Part shown: positions 9,724-17,800 of the stretch, one piece after another
Numbering within the stretch: position 1 is the stretch's first letter
Layout of the letters: each line of letters starts with the position of its first letter
Source of the DNA: Acidimicrobiales bacterium
GTDB lineage: Bacteria; Actinomycetota; Acidimicrobiia; Acidimicrobiales; AC-14
Assembly: GCA_050742295.1 (NCBI GenBank)
Contig: JBOGID010000565.1
Location: forward strand, 1-55,241
Reading direction: 5' to 3'
DNA length: 55,241 bases
Made by a program: the position numbers and the translations under genes
The notes under the pieces: model-generated
Seen by the model: the letters and a program-made list of their open reading frames with translations, nothing else
Database searches by the model: none
Told to the model about the DNA's origin: nothing

Positions 9724-11503
9724 AGCAGGCTCGCTCCTTGGAACGTGGTGACGACCAGGTTGACCAGCACGATCGCCGTAATGGCGACGCTGGTGGTGAG
9801 GGCCAGGCGGCGCAGGCTCCACCGCTGGAGGTGGATGGGCGGGGCGGGCGGCGCCAACAGCCGGAAATCGGCCACCAGGTCCCGGCCGTCGCTCTTCATG
9901 CGGGCGCGCAGCTGGCTCGTCAGGGCGATGCCCCGGGTGGCGGCGAACGCCTCGCCGATCTCGTCGGCGGTGAAGTAGTGCAGGGCCCGCTCGTAGACGT
10001 GCTCGGGCCGGCTGCCCAGGGCCAGGACCAGCATCATGTTGGCCAGGTCCACGGCCTGGCGCCACGGCGAACGCCGGACCTCGGCGAAGGCCACGTCGAT
10101 GAACAGCACCCGACCGTCCCGCACCAGCACGTTCGCCGGCTTCACGTCACGGTGGGCCAGGCCGGCGTCCCAGACCTGGCGGACGACGGACATGGCGTCG
10201 TCGATGACCTCGTCGGTGATCTCGGCGTCGCCGATCTCGATGGCCCCGTCGAAGAACTCGGTCACGAGCAGGTACTCCCGCTCGGGCGTGATCTCCACGA
10301 ACCCGTAGGGCCTGGCCGTGGGGATGCCGGCGCCGTGCATGAGGCGCAGCAGGTAGTCCTCGTACTGCACCAGGCGACGCACGCTGGAGAACGTGGATTC
10401 GTCCTCCAACCGCCCGTAGACGAGGGTGCGGAACAGCTTGTACCAGCGGTCGGACCGAAGGTGGTCCTTGGCGTAGAGCTTGCCGAACAGCTTGGTCCCC
10501 ACCTCGTCCGCCAAGGTGATCTTCAACGGCGTCGACCCGGCCGAACCGTCTAGATGGACGCTGATCTACTCGGTCGTGCCTGGCGGCCCGAAGCCCTGAC
10601 CAGCACCTTCGCAAGCTCAGTTGCTGTTCATGGCTAATAGGTCAGCGCCCATCTAGGCCAAAGGGCTTGACCGAGACGGCTTCGAGGCCGAGCTGCTCAC
10701 GGAGGGCGGTGAGGATGGCCTCACCGCGCCTCCCGCCGACGTCGAGGTGGGCGGCCTTGCCGCGCCGGTAGGTCACCTGGAAGCTGTCGGTGGGCACGAA
10801 GACCCGGAACACGATCAGGGTGACGGCGACGCCGATGATGAGCCCGAAGGCGGCATCGACCGGGTACTCGACGCCCAGGTAGAGCCGGGTCGCGGCCAGC
10901 AGGCCGAGGTGGGCCCCGACGGCGACCTTGGCCCACTGCCGCAGCCGCCCCCGGGGGATCACCACGTAGATGAAGCCGACCAGGGCCACGGCCACGTTGG
11001 CCAGCGGCGGGACGGGTGGGAGAAGCCGCTCCAGCTCCCGATGATCTCGACCGTGTCGGGCCGGGGGCGGGCGAAGGCGATGCTCAGGACCGAGGTGACC
11101 CAGGTCGTGAACACGACGCAGCCCAGGAAGGCGACAAGGTGGCGGAACCGGCGGAAGGCGAGGGCCACGACGATGACGACCCAGCTGGTGAGCAGGATGC
11201 CCACCGGGGAGCCGAGGACATCGAGGTGGTGGGCCAGGTGGGTGGCGGCACCCGCGCGCAGCGAGGCGATGCGCTCGAGCAGGAAGTGGTCGACCTTGTC
11301 GACGGGGTCGCCGGCACCCAGCAGGGCGACGGCCAGCCAGGTGACGAGCACGCCGCCGCCGATCCAGGCCCAGCGCCGGCCGCTGCGGCCGAGGTTGTGA
11401 GGAAGGGGGGCGCTTCGCCCGAGGGACGGCGCCGGCGGCGGGCCGCCGCCTTGGCCGCGGCAGCCGGGTCGGCGACGGGGGTGAGGAGCGTGGTCTGGGA
11501 CAC
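9720..11503 (-). pseudogene. Fusion of a PAP2-like membrane domain and a Kdo/WaaP/RIO-like kinase domain; disrupted by frameshifts and a MITE
   Basis: N-terminal TM domain with FARPRPD, SHPS and RLYLGVEYPVDA (ORFs 10959-11351 and 10642-10995). C-terminal kinase-like domain with LAHRDVKPANVLV and LFIDVAF (9720-10526), then a C-terminal TM helix. Frame switches lie near 11390 (C-run) and 11000. A 103-bp insertion splits ...VKPFGL/DGSAGSTPLKITL.... Confidence 0.65.
10550..10656. mobile_element. MITE-like non-autonomous element (~103 bp) inserted in the PAP2-kinase gene
   Basis: Terminal inverted repeats TAGATGGACGCTGATCTA (10551-10568) and TAGGTCAGCGCCCATCTA (10638-10655) are 16/18 complementary. 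CTAG flanks both ends (10550-10553 and 10653-10656). Deleting 10551-10653 rejoins the two ORFs in frame as ...VSVKPFGLDGSAGSTPLKITLADEVG.... There is no internal ORF, and G+C is lower than in the flanks. Confidence 0.7.
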
Positions 11504-11505
11504 GG

Positions 11506-12624
11506 TCACACCGCCTGGGAGAACTTCGCGTCGAGCGGAGGGGCCGAGTCGATCCAGGATGTGTTGCGCTTCCAGAAGAGGTAGGTCAGCACCCCGAACA
11601 CGATGGGCACCACGTAGGTGAGCATGCGGTAGACGAGCACGGCCGCCACGACCTGGGCCTTGCCCCCGCCGGCCGTCGTCAACCCGGTGATCAGGCCCAG
11701 CTCGATGATCCCGAGCCCGCCCGGCGTCAGGGGGACGGCGGTGAGGAGGCGGACGAAGGCGAACACGGCCAGGGCCTCGATCCAGCCCACTTCGGCCTCG
11801 GAGACGCCGATGGACCGCAGGGTGACGACCAGGACGGCGAACAGGGAGAGGTGGCCGACCAGGGAGGTGACCGTCAGCCGCCCCCACCGCTCCCGCACCA
11901 GCCCGATGACCCGGTTGCGGAACTTGAGGGTCGCCTCGCCCCACCCCTCCGCCGGCGGCTTGCGGAACAGGCGGCGGACACGCGAGAGCCGGCGACCCGT
12001 CCACTCGCCCGCCCGGTGGGCGTTGCTCTCGCTGTGCAGGATGACGGCGAACAGCACGATGGCGCCGATCAGGGCCCCGATGCCGATGGCCCCGGCGACG
12101 ATCCGGGAGCCGCTGGCCTGACCTTGGAAGGCGAGGAGAGCGAGGGCCTGGACGGGCATCCCCAGCTTCACGAAGTTGTTCCAGATGCCGGACACGACCA
12201 GGGAGACGGTGCTGCGGGACTTGGAGAAGCCCCAGGACTTGAGCATGGAGTAGGTGAGGGCGACGGAGATGGCGCTGCCGCCGGGGACCGTGTTGGCCAC
12301 GGCCGTTGACGACTCGGTGAGCACCATGGCCTGCGGGTAGGTCAGGCCCGGCGTGGCGGCCACGGTGACCAGCCAGTAGGTGACCAGGTTCCAAGTGGCG
12401 GCGACGGCCAGGATCCCGAGCTCGATCCAGGTCATGGCCCCGATCTCGGTCCACACCTTGGAGAAGTCGGCGAACTGGGGCAGGACAAGGACGAACCAGA
12501 AGATCGCCACGATCAGCACCACCGAGACGCCGATCGAGACGATCTGCTTCGTGCGCTTCGAGCACTTGTCTCCCTCGGTCGGGCTGTCGGTGGTGGGGAT
12601 GGTCGGTTCCTGCGTCGTGAGCAT
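11506..12624 (-). CDS. Flippase-like / lysylphosphatidylglycerol-synthase TM-region (UPF0104) family membrane protein
   Basis: ATG 12624. Polytopic protein (about 8 TM helices) with the family-typical C-terminal block FAFVRLLTAVPLTPGGLGIIELGLITGL. The stop at 11506-11508 lies 2 nt from the next start. Confidence 0.8.
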   Translation of the reverse strand: MLTTQEPTIPTTDSPTEGDKCSKRTKQIVSIGVSVVLIVAIFWFVLVLPQFADFSKVWTEIGAMTWIELGILAVAATWNLVTYWLVTVAATPGLTYPQAMVLTESSTAVANTVPGGSAISVALTYSMLKSWGFSKSRSTVSLVVSGIWNNFVKLGMPVQALALLAFQGQASGSRIVAGAIGIGALIGAIVLFAVILHSESNAHRAGEWTGRRLSRVRRLFRKPPAEGWGEATLKFRNRVIGLVRERWGRLTVTSLVGHLSLFAVLVVTLRSIGVSEAEVGWIEALAVFAFVRLLTAVPLTPGGLGIIELGLITGLTTAGGGKAQVVAAVLVYRMLTYVVPIVFGVLTYLFWKRNTSWIDSAPPLDAKFSQAV

Positions 12625-12702
12625 GGGCAGACGATCCGCCTGGCGGCCGTCCCGGCGCTGTCATCCCGCTGTCATGGGCGACTTCTGGGGAACTCCGCGG
12701 CG

Positions 12703-14664
12703 GTGGAAGCCTTCGGCGTCATCGGACGCCTGCTGGCCGAAGTGCCGATCGCGGTGGTCACGACCGTCCTGGCCGGCCGCCTGCTGGGCGTCCGCCGGTC
12801 CTGGAACGCCCTGACGCTGGCCGGGGTCATCGGCTGGACGGCCGGCAACGTGCTCCAACTCGACCTCGCAGGCAGCGACGCCGTGGGCCCGTCCGTGGCC
12901 ACCGCTGCCTTCTCGGTCTTCTTCACCATGCTCACGGCCCTGGCCCTGGACTTCACCGCTCGCCCCGGCAGCCTGGCCCGGGCGGAACGGGCGGGGCTGA
13001 TCGTCGTGCCGCGGCCGCTCCGGGACCTCCGCCGCCGCCTGGAGCCCATCGCCCGCTACCGCGAACTGCTGGCGATCGCCCGGGCCAACGGCCTCGACCG
13101 CGCCGTCGGCCTCGGGGGACGGCGGGCCCGCGGCCGGGCTGCGGGCGGGGAGCGGGAGCCTCTCGCGGTGGCCCTTCGCAGGACCCTGGAGCAGGGCGGC
13201 GTGATCTTCGTGAAGCTCGGGCAGATGGCCTCGACGCGGGCCGACCTCATCCCCGAGGACATCTACAAAGAGCTGAGCCTGCTTCAGAGCCAGGTCGACG
13301 CCGTCCCCCCCGAGGAGATGAAGTCGCACCTGGAGGCCGAGCTGGGCGGGGCCGTCGAGGACCTGTTCGCCGAGTTCGACTGGGAGCCGCTCGGCACGGC
13401 CTCGATCGCCCAGGCCTACGCGGCCCGCCTCACCACCGGCGAGCCCGTCGTCGTGAAGGTGCAGCGCCCCGGCGTGGACGACCTGGTGGCGCGGGATACG
13501 GCGGCTCTCCTCCAGGTCGCCCGGATGATCGAGAGGCGGACGCCCCAGGGCCGCGACCTGCACGTCGCCGACATGGCCGAGGAGTTCGTCCGGTCGCTCC
13601 TCCGGGAGCTGGACTTCCTGCGCGAGGCAGCCAGCACCGACGCCCTGGCCGCGGCGACGAGTCCCGACTCGGGGGTGCGGATCCCGCGCATCCACCGGTC
13701 CCTCATGACCCGCCGGGTCCTGGTGGAGGAGCGGTTCGTCGGCAAGAGCGTCCAGCACCGCGAGCGGGTGGCCGAGCTGGGGGTGGCGCCGACCGAGCTG
13801 GCCGACCGCCTGGTGGCCACCATGGTCGGCCACATCCTCCAGGGCGATTTCCACGCCGACCTGCACCCGGGCAACGTCCTGCTGCTCGACAGCGGCGACC
13901 TCGGGCTCATCGACTTCGGATCGGTCGGGCACCTGGACCCCTCGCAGCGGGCGGCCATCCTCCAGATGACCGCCGGCTTCCTGCAACGCGACGCCGCCGC
14001 CCTGCGCGACGCCTTCGCCGCCGTGGCCATCCTGGGCGAGGACGTCAACGACGTGGCCCTCGAACGGGCTCTCGCCCACTTCCTGTCCGAGCACGGCGAG
14101 AACGTCGACGCCACCGCCCTCAACGACGTGATCCCGCTGCTGGCCACGTTCGACATTCAGCTGCCGGGCGAGCTGACCACGTTCTTCCGGGCCATGGTGC
14201 TGGTGGACTGCACGTGCCGGGCGATCCACCCCGGCGACTCGGTCATCGACGCCATGGGCCGGCTGATGCACGGCGACGGGGCGGCGGCGGCCGTGCCCGC
14301 GGGGACGGTGGAGGAGCAGGTGAAGGCTCAGCTCCTGACCGAGCGGCCCCGCCTGGCCCGCCTGCCGGCCCTGGTCGAGCGGGTGGCCACCCAGGCCGCT
14401 CGGGGCGAGCTGCGGGGCCGCACCGCCCTGTTCTCGACGGCACGGGACGCCCGGGTCGTGTCCACCCTCGTCAACCGGCTCGTGCTCGGACTGGTCGGCG
14501 GACTGATACTGCTCGGGTCGGCGATCCTCGTCGGGACCAGCTCCGGTCCGACCGTGAGCGACAGCACGTCGTTCGCCCAGGTCTTCGGCTTCGTCGGCCT
14601 GGGCGTGGCCGGGATCCTGCTCCTGCGCGTCGTCGCCGCCATCGTCCGGGACGGCTACAACTAG
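12703..14664 (+). CDS. ABC1/UbiB-family atypical kinase with N- and C-terminal TM segments
   Basis: Motifs FVKLGQMASTRADLIPEDI, ASIAQAY, VVVKVQRPGV, HADLHPGNVLL and LIDFGSVG. Divergent from the flippase-like gene across a 78-bp gap. Confidence 0.85.
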   Translation: MEAFGVIGRLLAEVPIAVVTTVLAGRLLGVRRSWNALTLAGVIGWTAGNVLQLDLAGSDAVGPSVATAAFSVFFTMLTALALDFTARPGSLARAERAGLIVVPRPLRDLRRRLEPIARYRELLAIARANGLDRAVGLGGRRARGRAAGGEREPLAVALRRTLEQGGVIFVKLGQMASTRADLIPEDIYKELSLLQSQVDAVPPEEMKSHLEAELGGAVEDLFAEFDWEPLGTASIAQAYAARLTTGEPVVVKVQRPGVDDLVARDTAALLQVARMIERRTPQGRDLHVADMAEEFVRSLLRELDFLREAASTDALAAATSPDSGVRIPRIHRSLMTRRVLVEERFVGKSVQHRERVAELGVAPTELADRLVATMVGHILQGDFHADLHPGNVLLLDSGDLGLIDFGSVGHLDPSQRAAILQMTAGFLQRDAAALRDAFAAVAILGEDVNDVALERALAHFLSEHGENVDATALNDVIPLLATFDIQLPGELTTFFRAMVLVDCTCRAIHPGDSVIDAMGRLMHGDGAAAAVPAGTVEEQVKAQLLTERPRLARLPALVERVATQAARGELRGRTALFSTARDARVVSTLVNRLVLGLVGGLILLGSAILVGTSSGPTVSDSTSFAQVFGFVGLGVAGILLLRVVAAIVRDGYN

Positions 14665-14833
14665 TCCGCTATCCGGTTTTCCGTCTCGGGAACGGCCCGA
14701 TCCTCTTTCTGCCTGCCACGTGACAACGCAGGGTCGGCCGAATACAATTCGCATCCAACAGGGTCAAACTGCACGATTCGGCGGGATCAATCTCCTTAGC
14801 CGTTTTGTGCAGTAACAGAGCTGGGGGGATCCA

Positions 14834-17800
14834 ATGCGAGCTGGGCTCGGCAAGCTTTTCTCGTTGGTCGCAATCGTCACGTCGGCCGTCGTTTTCCTCG
14901 TTCCGCCGCCGGCGCGTGCGGCGTCGACCGTCGGAAGCTTCGAGATCGACGGCAACCTCGTCGACCCCGTGGCTGGGGAGCCCATCGACTGGGCGACGCC
15001 CCCGCCGAACCTGACCAACTTCACCGACCTCGCCGCCAGCACGTCTGACGACTCGTTCGGCGGCGGTTCCAAGGAGCTCGAGCCAGGGCAGTGGAGCTGC
15101 ACCACCAATAAGGCACCGGGCAAGGACGACATCACGGCCGGCCAGGTCGCCTTCCGCACCTTCGGCGGGAAGCAGTTCATCTACGTCGACTACACCCGGG
15201 CCGCAGCCAGCGGCGACGCCCACATCGACTACGAGTTCAACGCGTCGTCGCTCCCGAACCCCGCCTGCCCGGCCCTCCCCATGCGGACCAATGGCGACAT
15301 CGTCATCGCCTTCGACACCGAGAACGGCGGGGCCCAGATCTTCGTGCGTGCGTTCCGGTGGACGTTCACCGGGCCCGGCGTCGGCACCTTCACCGAGCTG
15401 CCCACGGGCAGCCAGGAAGTCACCTTCGACGGCGCCGTGAACATCCCGAACACGATCCCCGGCCACGTCGCTGGTGACTTCGGAGAGGCCGCCCTCAACC
15501 TGACCGACACGATCGGCTCGGTGTCGTGCGGGCAGTTCTCGAGCGTCTACATGAAGAGCCGGTCGTCGACCGCCATCAACTCCGCCCTCCAAGACCGGAC
15601 GACCACGCAGCCCGTCGCCCTCGGGGACTGCCCCAACTCGGCGCTGGCCAAGGCCGTCCGGAACGTGACGACCGGCACGGGATTCGCCACGAGCGTCAAC
15701 GCCAGCCCCGGGAACATTCTCGAGTACCGGCTCCGGTACTCGAACACGGGTGCGGCCGCCGCCACCAACGTCGTGATCACCGACACCATCGCGCCTCGGC
15801 AGACGTTCCAGTCCTGCACGAACGGCTGCGCGAACAGCAGCGGCACGCTGACCTGGACCTTCCCTTCGATCGCGGCGGGGGCGACCCAGGACGTCTTCTT
15901 CAGGGTGCTGCTCGACTCGGTCTTCCCGTCGGGCGATACGCCGATCCCCAATGTGGGTTCCGTCGACACCAGCCAGGAACCGCCCAAGTCCTCGAACACC
16001 ACGACGGTCACGGTCTCGGCCAGTGCCGTCCTCTCGTCGGTCAAGACCGTGAGCCCCACGACGGCGGCCGTCGGCGGCACGGTGACCTACACCGTCAAGG
16101 TGACGAACTCCGGCGGCGCCGACGCCACCACCAACGTGGTCGACGACTACGACCAGGCCCACATCACGGTGAGCAACATCTCCAACGGCGGCGTCGACAA
16201 CGGGAACACGATCAGCTGGGCCAACCTCGCCGTGCCGGCGGGCCAGACGGTGACGCTCACCTACTCCGGGCTGGTGAAGGGGTCCTTCTCGGGGACACCG
16301 GGGCCGAACTGCACCGACGGCCACTTCCCCGTCGTCAACACCGTCACCGTCAGCGGCGGCACCGGCAGTGAGGCAACCCTTTGCGTGAACGCGGCCCCCA
16401 TCCTGACGACGACGAAGACGGTCAGCCCGACTTCGGCCGCGGTCGGAGGATCGGTGACGTACACGGTCAAGGTGACGAACTCGGGCGCGGCCGATGCCAC
16501 GACGACCGTCACCGACGACTACGACCAGGCCCACATCGCGGTCAGTAACATCAGCAACGGCGGGTCCGACAACGGGAACGCGATCATCTGGACGGACCTC
16601 CCGGTGCCTGCCGGCCAGACGGTCACGCTCACCTACACGGGCATCGTGAAGGGGACGTTCTCCGGTCCGCCGGGCGGCGGCGGCTGCGGTTCCGGCCAGT
16701 TCCCCGTGGTGAACACGGTCACGATCACCGGTGGCACCGGGGCGAACGCAACCCTCTGCGTCAACGCGGCCCCCAACCTGACGTCCGACAAGACGGTCAA
16801 CCCGACGACGGCCACGGTCGGCCAGACGGTCGCCTACAAGATCGTCATCACCAACTCCGGCGCGGCCGACGGCACGACCACGGTCGTCGACGACTACGAC
16901 CAGGCTCACATCACGGTGAGCAACATCTCCAACGGCGGCATCAACAACGGCGACACGATCACCTGGACGAACCTGTTGGTGCCGGCAGGCCAGACCGTCA
17001 CGCTGACCTATGACGGCACAGTGAAGGGCACGTTCTCCGGTTCGCCCGGCGGGTGCGGGGCGGGTCAGTTCCCGGTCTCGAACAGCGTGACGATCACCGG
17101 CGGCGCCGGTGACAGCGCCACGTTGTGCGTCGCCGCGGCTCCGGTGCTCAGTTCCACCAAGTCCGTCAACCCGACGTCGGCCAACGTAGGCGGCAGCGTC
17201 ACGTACACGATCACCGTGACCAACTCGGGCGCGGCCGACGGCACGACGACCATTACCGATGACTACGACCAGGACCACATCACCCCGAGCAACATCTCGA
17301 ACGGCGGCAGCAGCAACGGCGACAAGATCACGTGGTCGAACGTGACGGTGGCGGCCGGCCAGTCGGTCGTCCGGACTTACACCGGCACCGTCATCGGGAC
17401 GTTCGCCGGTTCGTCCGGCGGCGGCGGGTGCGGGTCGGGGCAGTTCCCCGTGCTCAACAGCGTGACGATCACCGGGGGGACGGGCTCGAATGCGACGCTC
17501 TGCGTCAACGCCAGCCCCAACCTGACATCCGACAAGACGGTCTCCCCGACCACGGCCAGCGTCGGCCAGACGGTCGCCTACTCGGTCAAGGTCACCAACT
17601 CGGGCGCCGCGGGCGGCACGACCACGGTGGTCGACGACTACGACCAGGCCCACATCACCGTGAGCAACGTCTCCAACGGCGGCGTCGACAACGGCGACAC
17701 GATCACATGGACCGACGTGTCGGTCCCGGCGGGCCAAAACGTCACGCTCACCTACTCGGGGCTCGTGAAGGGCACGTTCTCCGGTCCTCCGGGCACCGGG

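Noticed and set aside
12661-14754. 697-aa minus-strand ORF, plus similar long ORFs at 20660-21706 (+), 33536-35206 (+), 47893-49866 (+) and 42602-43759 (-)
   Set aside because: Each is antisense to a gene with clear family motifs (ABC1 kinase, YceI, hydrolase, hydrogenase-like, PBP). Their translations are low-complexity Arg/Gly/Pro/Asp-rich sequence, so they are high-G+C artefacts.
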